NCBI GenBank assembly: GCA_024679065.1
Contig: JAGIQG010000026.1
Coordinates: forward strand, 21,700,001 to 21,764,000
Length of the DNA: 64,000 nt
Source of the DNA: Sphyrna mokarran
Taxonomy: Eukaryota
Reading direction: 5' to 3'
A program made the position numbers and the translations under genes. Below the pieces are notes generated by a model. The model saw only the letters and a list, made by a program, of their open reading frames with translations, searched no databases and was not told the origin of the DNA. Of this stretch, positions 48,601 to 57,039 are shown in pieces (position 1 is the first letter of the stretch; each line of letters starts with the position of its first letter).

Positions 48601-51600
48601 ATCTAAATTCGAATTATGTTCAACTTGAGATGGATGCTTGTTAATAGCAATGTAGATTGTAACATGTTAAGAAACTGCTTGTGTTAAGTATAAAAGCAGG
48701 GAAATGAGCAGTTAGAGGGAAGGTCCATGTTGGCAACTAGTTGAAATGGAGCAAATAGAACAAGATGAATGCATGATAAGTGGAAGGAGGGAAAGAAAAT
48801 GGAAAGATAGGCAAGGTACCAATATTGTATGGACTTTCCTTGATTTCAATTCACGAGACCCCACTCCTCTCCTATAAAGATGGATCCCAGTGTCTGCTGA
48901 ACTGAGGAGGGCAGTGTTACCAAATGGAAAATGTTGACTAGCATCAGATAAGGTGACCATGCTGGCCACAAACTTATTTGAGTAGGGCATAGTCTTATCT
49001 AACAAATCAACTATCCTCTCTGAGCAACCAAAGAAGTAAAGTATTTTAATCAAAAAAAACTTGCATGTTCTTTGTGCCATTTGCTAAAAAATTCACAGAT
49101 TAAGGAACACACATCTACTGAATGTGTATTGAGATCAAGTGGCCATACACTCATTTTAATAAGAATCTCTTCTGAACTCACAACTATAATGGTTATTGTA
49201 TGCCCCAGCAAACTTGATCATAACTAAGTTGATCAGATTTGAAATTTAGATGAGCAAATATAAACACAAAAAGGGGGTAACACTAAATGGAAGGAAGAAA
49301 TCTACTGTTTGCTTATATTGAAATTGTGACCGACAACCACTTTCCACTTATTTTTATGGAATAAAACCACTGTCTGAATTCCCAGTTACCTAAATGTGAA
49401 TAGTGGCTATTCTAAGTTATACAAACTATTGGTAAAGTTGCCATAGAGTCTTGTTCATTTCAATGAGTACCCATTTAATAATGTGATAAATGTAAATTTC
49501 TATAAATCTGCAACTAAACTATTGCAGCTAAGGAGTCTCATTACTTCAGGCATAAACATTGGAGAATATATCAAATGTAAAATTAAAAATATTTTCTTGA
49601 TTTAATTTTCCCCCCAACTTCTCTTTCTTTACTGATCTGATTGATGCAGGAAGGACGTCCCTGATGATGGGGGTGTCAAGAATCAGGGGTCACAGTCTGA
49701 GGGTACAGTATAGACCATTTAGGATGGAGATGAGACATTTCTTCACCCAAAGAGTGATGAGCCTGTGGAATTCATTATCACAAAGTAGTTGATGCTGAAA
49801 TATTGAATGCATTCCAGAGGCAGCTAGATATAGCACTTGGGATGAATGTGATCAAAGGTTATGGAGAGAAAACAAAATTAGGCTATTGAGTTGTAGGATC
49901 AACTATGATTGTGATGAATGGCAGAGTAGGCTCAGGGCTGAATGACCTCCTATCTTCTATGATTACACCTACTGTATACTTCAGTCCTCCTGCTATTTGT
50001 TTCAAAATCTTCGAATCTTATTCAGGAGATGAACAATTGCTTGCTTTGTTTTCCTTTATCAGCTCCCTCTTTCAGTAACAATAAAAACCTAAATATGCAA
50101 AAACAAGCCCTCTAATAGTAGATATCTGCTTTATGGGTCACCTAGGGAATAATACAATTTTCTTGTTCCTGATTTGTAGTAGGTATGAATGTGTCTCCAA
50201 TTGCACTTAATTGCAATTGCTTTTCCAGACCAAATATAATCCACAAAACTAATCAATAATTGGGTAATTGCAAAGTTTTAACACTTTTTTTATTTGAAAG
50301 CCACATCATTTGCATAATGCAGGATCATGAAATTGTTGATTGAAGATGGTATTGGAAGTGGTATTTATAAACTTGCTAGCAGTGTTCAGCCAGAGTATTC
50401 AAATACATTAACGCCATACATTCTTTAAGCTTTTATTTAGGGTCAATTGTTCCCACTTGTGTTTAGAGTTAAACGGCAGTTACAGAAGCATTTTTCTAGC
50501 TACTAGTTGGGATTTTAATGTAGTCCTCCTTTGAGTTGTTTCAGCTATCAGTTGTACAAAATAGGGAAGTCTGTTGCAGCTATAGAGAACCTTGGTGAGG
50601 CCACATCTAGAGTATTGTGTACAATTTTAGTCCCCTTACCCAAGAAAGGATGTACTTACCATAGGGAGAGTGCAGACTGATTTCTGGGAATTTTGCAAGA
50701 CTGTGTTGACTGGGGATCAAATTGAAATGTATAAAATTCTGCCTGTTCTAACCTGCTAGCTGCTGTCACTTGTTCCAAGCAGACAAACAAGTTAATGATT
50801 GGATGATTCCTAATTGGGTAGGCAATAAAACTAACTTGATGCTGTATGAAATGCAGTCATATAGCCATAGAGTTTACAGCATAGAAAAAGGCCCTTTGGC
50901 ACAATTTGACCATGCCACTCTTTTTAGGATCTGAATGTAGATTCTGGCAAGTTTATAAATACTATCTTCAATCAAAGGACTCATAATCCTGCATTATGTA
51001 AATATGCTGCTTTCATATGAAAGCCAAGTGGAAAAACTTTGCAATTACCCAATTATCGATTAGTTTCATGGATTATGTTTAGTCTGGAAAGACAAATGTG
51101 ATTGGAGATACATTTCATACCTGCTGCAAATCAGGAGAAAGAAAACAACTAGCATTATTCACTAGGTGCCTCATAAAGCAGATGCCTACTCTTGGACTGA
51201 TCCCAATTGTGTGTTTGGTCCATATCCCTCTATACACATCTTACCCATGTAACTGTCTAAATGTTTTTTAAATGTCAAAATTGTACCCATCTCTAATACA
51301 AACTCTGGCAGCTTGTTCCAGACACTCTCTATCCTCAGTGAAAAAAATGGCCTCTCTGAATACTTGTGTATCTCCCCTCTACCTTAGACCTATACCCTCT
51401 AGCTTTAGACTCCTCTGCCTTTGGAAAAAGGTATTGACTATCTAGCTGATGTATGCCTCACATCATTTTAGAGACCTCCTAAGATTACCCCTTAGCCTTC
51501 TATGCTCCAGAGGGGGAAAAAAATCCCAGTCTATCCAATCTCTTATAACTCAAACCATCAAGTCTTGGAACATTCTAGTAAATCTTTTCTGCACTCTTTT

Positions 51601-54600
51601 TAGTTTAATAATCTTTAATAGGGTGACCAGAACTGTAGACAATATTCCAAGTGTGGTCTTATCAATGTCTTGTATAACTTCAACAAAACGTCCCAAACTC
51701 CTGTATTCGTTATTCTGATCAATGAAACCAAGCATGCTGAATGCCATCATCTTCAAGCTGTGTCCACCTGTGACTCCACTTTCAAGGATCTATGAACATC
51801 TTTGTTCTGTAACAGTCCCCAATACCCTACCATTAAATGTCCTGTCCTAGTTCAATCCATCAAAATGCATCACCTCACATTTAATCTAAATAAAATTCCA
51901 TTTGCCATTCAGCAGCCCACTGGCCCAATTGATCAAGATCCCGTTGCAGTCGGACATAACTTATTTCACTGTCCAATATGCCACCAATCTTAGTGTCATC
52001 TGCAAATTTACTTACTATGCCTCCTATATTTTCATCCAAACCATTAATATAAATGATAAATAACAGTGGACCAAGCATTGATCCCTGAGACACACTGCTG
52101 ATCGCAGACTCCATTTTGAAAAACAACCCACTACAACCACCCTTCTGGCTTCTGTCATCAAGCCAATTTTGTATCCATTTAGCTACCTCACACTGGATTC
52201 TCTGAGATGCAATGTTATGCAACAACCTAACGTGGTATCTTGTCAAACGCCTTGCTAAAGTCCAGGTAGACAACATCAACTGCACTGCCCTCTACTTTCT
52301 TGGTTACGCCTTCAAAAAAACTCTATCAAATTTGAGACATGATTTTCCACTCTCAAAACCGTGCTGACTGTCCCTAGTCAGTTCTTCAACAATTTACCCA
52401 CCACAGATGTGAGGCTCACTGGCCTGTAGTTCCCAGTCTGTGGGTCAAGTTGGCATCAAGGGGTAGCACAGTGGTTAGCACTGCTGCCTCAGTGCTATGG
52501 ACCCTGGATTTGACTTCCTGCTTGGGTCTGTGTGAGCCTGCATGTTCTCCTGTGTTTCTTCTGGGTGCTCTGGTTTCCTCCCGTAGTCTAAAAGACATGC
52601 TAAATTCTCCTTCCGTGTACCTGAAAAAGTGCAGTGTGGCGACTAGGGGATTTTGACAATAACTTAGTGTTAATGTAAGCTTACTTGTCACTAAAACTTT
52701 TAAGTTGGGAACTTGATGCCAGAATGATAGAAATTGAGAACTCTTGCCTTAGTTTTCTTGGTTTGATCTAATATTACAAGTAATTTAGAAATGTAAATTT
52801 TTACATCTGTATAATACTACTTAAAATCTAAGCTACCAAGCTCCTTGACTTTGCTTTGTTTCGTAGTGCCTTGAGTGTAGTTCAATCGATACTGAGATTG
52901 TTTCTGTCAGCAATTTCAAAAAAAAAAAATCTTGTTTGACTTTATGCTGAACATAAAGTTGAACTCCTGCATTTGTGTAGGAGACTTATAAAGTTGTCCT
53001 GCCTTAAGAAATGCATGTGAATCGCTTCAAAGCGCAAGTTGCTGTGAAGTGTTTTGGCATCTGAGTGCAGCAAATGACACAAACTGTGTAATCAAACTTG
53101 CAAATGTGCAATAACATAGCAGCAATCACTATGTTCAAGTAATTTTTGGTATGATGACTACATCCAATTTCCATGTTTAACTGCTGCTTCTGCAGTTCAG
53201 TAATCTGCTGGATTGCAGTTTTTATTACAGGTGTCTTGTAGATGTTTGATGGTGTAAGATTCACTACTGCTACACCATCTGTTCCTTCTAACACAATTTT
53301 TGCCCCCATTGCAATTTAATGGTTCTATTTACTGTTACTCAACACTTCATTTGAGGAACTCAGCATTTTTATTTTCAGATGCCATTTGTTCATTCAAGCA
53401 CATTTTTTTAAAAAAACTGTTAATGATATTCTCTATTTGGCAATATGCCACTTAATATCACTCCCATCTTTCACCTCTCCATATCAGATGGAGGAAAATG
53501 TGCTAAGTACGTCCCCTTGTTCTGGAAGGTAAAAGGTGGAAATGGAGACCAGTCTGGCATCACTGGAGATGCATTCTATCCACTCAGTGGTATCTTCACA
53601 TGAGACCAGGTGGAGACACTCCTCCTAGTATCATGGTGTCTGGGACTTGACATTTAACATGAGAGCGGGAAACAGTGCTGCTGACATAATACAGTAGAGT
53701 TACATGGGGGTAATATCATGTAGAAGAGGAATCATAGAATCCCTACAGTGCAGAAGGAGTAGGTCTTGTAGAAAATGGTACCTAATCTGTACTGTATCCT
53801 ATGTCTATGCACTGAGTTAAATGATTATTGTCCCAACATGTAAGCTTTCTAACTGTTCTTTCACTTTTTAAGAATCTGTATTTCAGTTTTTGCCCAGACT
53901 TTGAGAAAATGCAAGTTAGCGTTAGTCTCTTTGCTGCAAATATTCCAAATGTGAAAATATTTTGGAGTCTCTATCAATTTTCCTTGGAATTTTCAATACT
54001 TTGGACCTGGAAGTGACTATCACTCAAGACTGTCATGGTCTTAGCAGTTTTGCTTGTATAAAGTTGGTCATTTTAAGAAAATAAAATTGTCATGCTTGTA
54101 CTTTGAGGTCATTGTTTTAAGGTTGAGCTTAGAATTTCTCCCATTTGGTTGGAAACCCAGGGTTCATGTGTATCAGTCTTCTACCAGAATTACAGTACTA
54201 ATCGGAGGAACTCCAGGCAAGTTTCCAATGTGATAGAATGGACAATTCCATTTCTGGAGCGTATCTCACTTTTACTACCTTTTCCTTCCCTGCACCCTGC
54301 CCCCCTTCCCCCTCCCCAATAAACACAAATTCAAACCTAAAAAGTGGTTAACCCCATCAGCGCAACTAGTTTGATATTCACCTAATTGTCTCCCCTGCTG
54401 CCATTTTGTGCAATAGTGAGAAAGCACTGCTCATAAATCCATGTTTCTCATTTCAAAGAACTGGCAGATTGAGACAAAAGTCCATGTCCGTAAGGTATGA
54501 ATCGCTCAACACATTTTAGTATGTAGATGTGTTAAGTGACTTGTATTAAATACCATAGGGTATTAGAAACTTGGAATTTAGAAGTAAATTTAAAACTGTA

Positions 54601-56830
54601 ATACTGTATTAAAGAACTGCAAGAGTGAGATTGGGATTCTGACTTTTATTTCAAATTTTGCGTACGCCTGAACTTAGCATTAGTCTCTGTGATTTATGAC
54701 TAAATATAGCCATTTACCTCTGCTTTCAAAAGTGCAAGCAGTCATTAACAATACAAGTATGCAAGATGGCCTCTCAATTTCAGGAACCCAGGTTCGATTC
54801 CTGACAAGGTCACTATCTATCTGTGCGGAGTTTGCACATTCTCTATCTGTGTGGGTTGCTTCTCACAGGCCAGAGATGCGCAGGTTAGGTTGCCCCTTGA
54901 TGTCAGGGGATTAGCTAGAGAAAATGCATGAAGTTAAGGATATAGTACCTGGGTGGGATTGTGGTCGGTGCAACTCAATGGGTCAAATAGTCTCTTTCCA
55001 CATTATAGGAATCTATGATTCTAAGTAAATGTTCAATTTAGTTAACTGGTTGCATATTTCATTTATTTACTTTGAGCACCAGGTTGAATTTCAATTGTAA
55101 GCTCACTTTTTGTTTGAGGACAACTATCATTAGAATTGTTGGGTCATTTGGGATCTTAGGTGGTTTTCCCTGCCTTTTACAAGTTGTTCAATGCTATGGT
55201 CTGAGCAGCATTGGCAATGGCAGAATCAGCAAAATTTTTTGCTGATGATGGTGGAACATTTTAAAATATCAAGAAACAATGGCTGTTTTGTAGGTGGAGA
55301 ATCCTTCAGGAAGAATGTGTGTTTTGGAATTATTCTTCTCATCACATTCTCATTGAAAATGGGAAGCTCTTACAAGTATCTAAAGAGGAAAATATGATTC
55401 ATATGGAGGAATGAGCAGAGAATCTGCCGTTGTCGGAGTAGTAATGATCTCCTTAGCAATCCTGCGTGTAACTCCTGACCTCGTGGCACAGATCCATTTT
55501 TGTTTGTAGCCTAACTAAGTGAGCTAATAACAAATTTCAACCAGACATTGGTGCTTGTGAAGATAAAGAATTGAGGATTGCATGTCAAGAGCATGGGCCT
55601 GAATCTGATCCACTACAAAGATCTTTTAAGAGTCTCTTGATTTGGACATCTTTTATAGAAAGGCCAATCAAATTTTGTTAACCTCAAATTAAAAGGTGTA
55701 AGAGCAGATACCAGTTTGCATTTGAAAAACTGACCTGAGTTATTCTAAGCTGCAGAAGTAGAACCAGGATACACTTTCAAGAAAGTACAAGGTAACTTTT
55801 TTAGCGTGAGATTTTTCATGATAGTTTGATCAATATATTGAGTGAACTGCCAGAGATAGCAGTGAAAGCAAAAAAACTTGGCATAATTGAAATCTTTTAC
55901 TGCAACAGCAGTGGGAGTTGAATGAATACAGGGAGAGGCATTAAGATCATTCTGGATGGATGAACCGATCTATTAAAGGCTTCCTTATCAGTATTTACTT
56001 GTAAAAGAGTAGATTGGGAACTGGATAAAAGTGATGTAGTTCAGGATGCAGTAGTGGATTTTGGTTTGTGGGGAGACTAGAATTTGCATTAACAATGGAG
56101 TGAGGAAATGGAGATATTGCTCTTTTTCTTTAAAAAAAAACAAAAAAATTTGGGTGGAGCAAGCCATAGAATCAGAAAATGGGATTCTAGCATTGGTCAT
56201 AGTTGGGGTGCTGTTTGAAGTTTCTATAATCTTGTTATAGAATGGATATTGGAACCAATTAAATAGCATTTTTATTTGTATATTATTTCTGATTAGAACT
56301 CTTAAGTGATTTTTGTCAGGTACACTCCTGTTGGTGTACTGAGTAAATTTTCAGGAACTGTTAAACATTTAGACTGGCAAGCATTTGAGTTAAATTAATT
56401 TGAGATTTTGATTTTTCTTGATTTTTGAGTTGCATTTTTCTTTAAGGTTACTCTACAGTTGTCATCAAACATTCACTCTACCTGGTACTTGGGCAGTTGA
56501 GTTCTTAAACTCTTGCTCTGTTATGCCTGTCACTTCTTACTTTTCCCTACCCCATCCTGAAGATTAAAGTTTACTTGCCTGGCCGCTACTCTTGTTTTCA
56601 CTATTTTGGAGACTTTTTTCTTCCTATACAGGCTTCTCATGGACCAGTTGGATGAACAGAAGGCACAGCACATGAAAGAAGTAAAGACTTTTCAAACTGA
56701 AGCCAGAGACTTGAAAGAGAAGTTGAATAAACAGCAGAAATACTTTGCTGAAGCACTACAGCTGTCATCAGAAGCACAAATGGAAGCTGGGTTAAAGCAG
56801 GAAATTACACGTCTTACCAATGAAAACCTG
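3513..56830 (+). CDS. MYO5B-like: Unconventional myosin class V heavy chain (MYO5B-like), partial gene, 20 coding exons: join(3513-3625,5051-5316,5396-5480,9736-9876,11470-11592,13158-13241,19038-19172,20713-20810,22308-22394,25445-25553,26890-27101,27734-27890,28938-29177,34219-34446,36719-36812,42219-42367,45999-46049,46420-46656,47780-47877,56632-56830)
   Basis: Exons have AG acceptors and GT/GC donors with mutually compatible phases, giving one open frame of 2906 nt. Motifs: switch [11 protein letters not shown], relay [35 protein letters not shown]1/SH2 [12 protein letters not shown], six IQs, and the myosin-V tail [17 protein letters not shown]...HFQKPRMSN and ALAKHIY.QLF are MYO5B-like. 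Orthology is uncertain. Confidence 0.93.
4199..4397. mobile_element. Penelope-like element terminal foldback with hammerhead core remnants
   Basis: Arms 4199-4276 and 4287-4362 are inverted; minus strand CTGACGA at 4284-4278; plus strand GAGG-CAAA-CCTC-GAAAGCTT at 4287-4306. Confidence 0.72.
4520..4813 (-). mobile_element. V-SINE (HE1-type) with CR1-like tail
   Basis: B-box ggttcaattcc, V-domain gtttcctcccacagtccaaagatg and ggccatgctaaattg on the minus strand. Confidence 0.8.
5051..5316 (+). CDS. MYO5B-like: Myosin V exon, motor: [14 protein letters not shown]...[13 protein letters not shown]...FIGVLDIYG
   Basis: ctgcag|tcg ... tatgg|gtaaga; 266 nt, phase 0->2; start of switch II. Confidence 0.96.
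5396..5480 (+). CDS. MYO5B-like: Myosin V exon, switch II/relay: [28 protein letters not shown]
   Basis: ttttag|g ... ttg|gtaagt; 85 nt, phase 2->0; follows a 79-nt intron. Confidence 0.96.
6262..6512 (-). mobile_element. V-SINE, second tail type
   Basis: Minus strand cacagtggttagc head, V-domain, tail gtaacttcattacagtattaaatgcaagcc. Confidence 0.78.
6600..8330 (+). pseudogene. Decayed coiled-coil-like coding region, probably the internal part of an LTR element
   Basis: Strong A/G skew; interrupted frames such as [25 protein letters not shown] and [19 protein letters not shown]; many stops and frameshifts. Confidence 0.45.
8514..9124 (+). mobile_element. LTR (about 611 bp) preceded by a polypurine-tract-like segment
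   Basis: gcgggtggga|TGTTATAG ... CTCTAACA inverted termini (7/8); AATAAA at 9046-9051; its 5' part is echoed at about 6123-6190. Confidence 0.6.
9385..9630 (-). mobile_element. V-SINE, second tail type
   Basis: Minus strand gtggttagcactgctgcctcacagcacc head; tail ttttcacagtaacttcactgcagtgtcaatg...ctaataaa. Confidence 0.8.
9736..9876 (+). CDS. MYO5B-like: Myosin V exon, relay: [47 protein letters not shown]
   Basis: cttcctag|cat ... aga|gtaagc; 141 nt, phase 0->0. Confidence 0.96.
10505..11100 (-). mobile_element. CR1 LINE 3' fragment
   Basis: [25 protein letters not shown] on the minus strand; CR1 3' tail at about 10508. Confidence 0.88.
11470..11592 (+). CDS. MYO5B-like: Myosin V exon: [41 protein letters not shown]
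   Basis: cccatttag|atc ... aat|gtaagt; 123 nt, phase 0->0. Confidence 0.95.
12290..12860 (+). mobile_element. RTE-clade LINE 3' fragment, decayed
   Basis: [36 protein letters not shown]...RCMLKI, and [26 protein letters not shown] resemble the RTE ORF C-terminus. Confidence 0.7.
13158..13241 (+). CDS. MYO5B-like: Myosin V exon: [28 protein letters not shown]
   Basis: ccttcag|gtg ... aag|gtaagc; 84 nt; FLEKNRD motif. Confidence 0.95.
16070..16200 (-). mobile_element. Penelope-like element end with decayed hammerhead core
   Basis: Minus strand agct-CTGATGA-aggatcatccagactc-aaaacatt-ggct, followed by gatgctgtcagac...agaattttctgttttt. Confidence 0.65.
17015..17357 (+). mobile_element. V-SINE, third variant, CR1-like tail
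   Basis: V-domain gtgcttgcgtgggttttctccaggtgctctggtttcctccca; tail gggccgaagggcctgtttcctgtgctg. Confidence 0.75.
17380..18356 (-). mobile_element. Penelope-like element fragment (RT C-terminus plus GIY-YIG endonuclease), decayed
   Basis: Minus strand [31 protein letters not shown] (YIDD box decayed), [17 protein letters not shown], and CSQCSLL...[13 protein letters not shown]. Confidence 0.8.
19038..19172 (+). CDS. MYO5B-like: Myosin V exon, loop 2: [45 protein letters not shown]
   Basis: tttccaag|tct ... cag|gtaatt; 135 nt; KKTVG motif. Confidence 0.92.
20020..20285 (-). mobile_element. V-SINE, second tail type
   Basis: Same head and taacttcattgcagtgttaaagtaagc...ctaataaa tail as the 9385 copy. 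Confidence 0.78.
20713..20810 (+). CDS. MYO5B-like: Myosin V exon: [32 protein letters not shown](L)
   Basis: ttttgtag|ttt ... tt|gtgagt; 98 nt, phase 0->2. Confidence 0.95.
20891..21859 (+). repeat. Diverged direct repeat of about 200 bp (20891-21091 and 21653-21859)
   Basis: Both copies start ctagtcaaa(t/c)gtaaccattgcagagaa and end (g/a)aat(g/a)caaaatggcagt. Confidence 0.85.
21455..21980 (+). mobile_element. CR1 3' UTR fragment interrupted by the 21653-21859 insertion
   Basis: CR1 tail breaks at aaatattttcaaa and resumes at gaaaaacttgatgggt...aatagcctcttactgtgctgta. Confidence 0.65.
22113..22267 (+). repeat. Perfect minisatellite, 20-bp unit TGGAATTTTATCCTCCTTTT, about 7.7 copies
   Basis: Seven identical full units at 22121-22260 plus partial flanks. 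Confidence 0.97.
22308..22394 (+). CDS. MYO5B-like: Myosin V exon, SH2/SH1: [28 protein letters not shown](R)
   Basis: ctcctgcag|g ... ag|gtttgt; 87 nt, phase 2->2. Confidence 0.95.
23105..24185 (+). mobile_element. CR1 3' fragment split by an unidentified insert of about 600 bp (about 23250-23850)
   Basis: CR1 RT-end gagtgacctgatggaagtttataaaatt; resumes near 23855; tail ccaaagggcctgttcctgtgctgta. Confidence 0.65.
24815..25075 (+). mobile_element. V-SINE, second tail type
   Basis: ctgctgcctctcagcacc head, V-domain, tail gattttcacagtaacttcattgcagtgttaatgtaag...ctaataaa. Confidence 0.8.
25445..25553 (+). CDS. MYO5B-like: Myosin V exon, converter: [36 protein letters not shown]
   Basis: gctttag|g ... 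aag|gtttaa; 109 nt, phase 2->0. Confidence 0.93.
26085..26540 (+). mobile_element. Deu-domain SINE (SacSINE1-like) with L2-type tail
   Basis: gctgcactgttggaagtgccatcttttggatgagatattaaacc and ccaggacaatatttatcc match the Deu domain; tail gctttggaaacatcctg...gctgtataaat. Confidence 0.72.
26890..27101 (+). CDS. MYO5B-like: Myosin V exon, converter end plus IQ1-2: [70 protein letters not shown]
   Basis: ttcacag|gat ... ca|gtgagt; 212 nt, phase 0->2. Confidence 0.95.
27560..27710 (+). mobile_element. Penelope-like terminal fragment just upstream of the IQ3-4 exon
   Basis: gaggttttccagcattttctgtttttt...atttccagcatc..cagcattttgc, the same end motif as 16070 (reverse complement) and 36370. Confidence 0.55.
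27734..27890 (+). CDS. MYO5B-like: Myosin V exon, IQ3-4 (GC donor): [52 protein letters not shown]
   Basis: gttttag|c ... aag|GCaagt; 157 nt, phase 2->0; the GC donor is required for frame and for the 25-aa IQ4-IQ5 spacing. Confidence 0.92.
28010..28760 (+). mobile_element. Old Deu-domain SINE, interrupted
   Basis: gtgctgcactatagtaagtgctgtttttcaaataaactgttaaa...gaatgtaaaaag; tail gactgtaaagcattttag. Confidence 0.5.
28938..29177 (+). CDS. MYO5B-like: Myosin V exon, IQ5-6 and start of coiled coil: [17 protein letters not shown]...[20 protein letters not shown]
   Basis: aatttag|atg ... cag|gtaaac; 240 nt; GMENKI.QLQ motif of myosin V. Confidence 0.95.
30658..30942 (+). mobile_element. HE1-type V-SINE, near full length
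   Basis: tggcacagtggttag head, V-domain, CR1-like tail atgggctgaatggcccccttctgtgctataggattctatgat. Confidence 0.85.
30985..31180 (-). mobile_element. Short element with a U2 snRNA-derived 5' head
   Basis: Minus strand 31175-31151 TCTCAGCATTTTGGCTAAGATGAAG matches U2 nt 7-31 at 22/25; followed by three GATCAAGCYCA-like units and AATAAA. Confidence 0.6.
31340..33070 (-). mobile_element. Old CR1 ORF2 fragment, split by a G-rich insert (about 31960-32715)
   Basis: Minus strand [13 protein letters not shown] (KSPGPD box); endonuclease-region remnants at 32715-33070. Confidence 0.55.
33440..33745 (-). mobile_element. V-SINE
   Basis: gtgtgggaggaaaccagaacac...gagaatgtgcaaactc V-domain (reverse complement); CR1-like tail. 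Confidence 0.72.
34219..34446 (+). CDS. MYO5B-like: Myosin V exon, coiled coil: [32 protein letters not shown]...SQELTLLKQ
   Basis: attttcag|agt ... caa|gtagga; 228 nt, phase 0->0; heptad-like E/K/Q/L composition. Confidence 0.88.
35510..35780 (+). mobile_element. tRNA-derived SINE of another family, decayed
   Basis: atcactggacta...gttcaaatcccc B-box; gtagtggccagcaagccactc end. Confidence 0.5.
36370..36470 (+). mobile_element. Penelope-like terminal fragment, hammerhead core decayed
   Basis: agctttgacaaa...atctggattcaacatcagttc...gatgctgtcagg...ttccagcattttct. Confidence 0.45.
36719..36812 (+). CDS. MYO5B-like: Myosin V exon, coiled coil: [31 protein letters not shown]
   Basis: tttttcag|cgt ... 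gaag|gtattt; 94 nt, phase 0->1; resembles [20 protein letters not shown]. Confidence 0.88.
38335..41253 (+). mobile_element. Rex1/Babar LINE 3' fragment (38335-38760 plus 41135-41253), split by a CR1
   Basis: [47 protein letters not shown] is typical Rex1; tail aatacttttcattgtatgttaatacatgtaacaataaat. Confidence 0.75.
38761..41132 (-). mobile_element. Relatively young CR1 LINE, about 2.4 kb, 5'-truncated (endonuclease C-terminus plus RT)
   Basis: [70 protein letters not shown]; CpGs retained; frameshifted. Confidence 0.93.
42219..42367 (+). CDS. MYO5B-like: Myosin V exon, coiled coil: (D)[49 protein letters not shown]
   Basis: tattcaag|at ... aag|gtaatt; 149 nt, phase 1->0; EER..YQ.LVKE...LEQR..NL.DEM motif. 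Confidence 0.92.
44190..45740 (+). mobile_element. L2-clade LINE, old, with two V-SINE insertions
   Basis: ctcaacttgacttcagcctttgacatagaccatgc (LDLSAAFDT.DH-like); L2-like 3' end gaagtgccatgtgacattttaatatattaaaggcacc. Confidence 0.6.
44555..45140 (-). mobile_element. Two tandem HE1-type V-SINEs (44555-44808 and 44848-45140)
   Basis: Each begins tagaatccctacagt(g/a)cag (reverse complement of the tail) and carries aatttagcatgg; the second has a full head. Confidence 0.82.
45999..46049 (+). CDS. MYO5B-like: Probable small myosin V exon: [17 protein letters not shown]
   Basis: cttaatttattttaatag|gaa ... aag|gtaata; 51 nt, phase 0->0. Position matches the short exon before exon A; sequence similarity is weak. 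Confidence 0.62.
46420..46656 (+). CDS. MYO5B-like: Myosin V exon A equivalent (GC donor): [22 protein letters not shown]...[39 protein letters not shown]
   Basis: tttactag|tat ... aag|GCaagt; 237 nt; matches RQELESENKKLKN(E/D)LNELRKA...EEL.VRKEEVLILR. Confidence 0.88.
47780..47877 (+). CDS. MYO5B-like: Myosin V exon C equivalent: [32 protein letters not shown](K)
   Basis: tgtttacag|gct ... aa|gtaagt; 98 nt, phase 0->2; resembles MYO5A exon C NTMTD...[20 protein letters not shown]. Confidence 0.88.
49640..49965 (+). mobile_element. CR1 3' UTR fragment
   Basis: ggggtcacagtctgagg...ttcacccaaagagtgatgagcctgtggaattc...gctgaatgacctcct. Confidence 0.75.
50114..51193. repeat. Diverged inverted repeat, arms about 50114-50390 and about 50931-51193
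   Basis: aaactaatcaataattgggtaattgcaaag versus ctttgcaattacccaattatcgattagttt; gtatttataaacttgctag versus ctggcaagtttataaatac. Confidence 0.85.
50855..52450 (-). mobile_element. CR1 LINE (RT plus 3' UTR), tail interrupted by the 50931-51193 insertion
   Basis: Minus strand [42 protein letters not shown]. Confidence 0.88.
52459..52700 (+). mobile_element. V-SINE, second tail type
   Basis: gcacagtggttagcactgctgcctca head; tail gtggcgactaggggatttt...gtgttaatgtaagcttacttgtcac. Confidence 0.8.
54765..55025 (+). mobile_element. HE1-type V-SINE
   Basis: ggttcgattcc B-box, gagtttgcacattctc, tail ggaatctatgattcta. Confidence 0.78.
56632..56830 (+). CDS. MYO5B-like: Myosin V exon E equivalent: [66 protein letters not shown]
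   Basis: ttcctatacag|g ... ctg|gtaaca; 199 nt, phase 2->0; [10 protein letters not shown] motif. Confidence 0.95.
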
Positions 56831-57039
56831 GTAACATTGCAATGGATTTTTGATCTGTCTTTCTATATTTTGGAGATCAATATCCTATTTCTGGACATCA
56901 GCCTTAACATTAATCATATCGTTTGTATATTACCCTTATTTTTATGGAATGTATGTAAAATTGACATGTTGACAGTGAGTGAAGAGGAGATATGGGAATT
57001 GAGGTTGTTGTGGTTAAATTGCTTTTTTTTTAAAATTAG

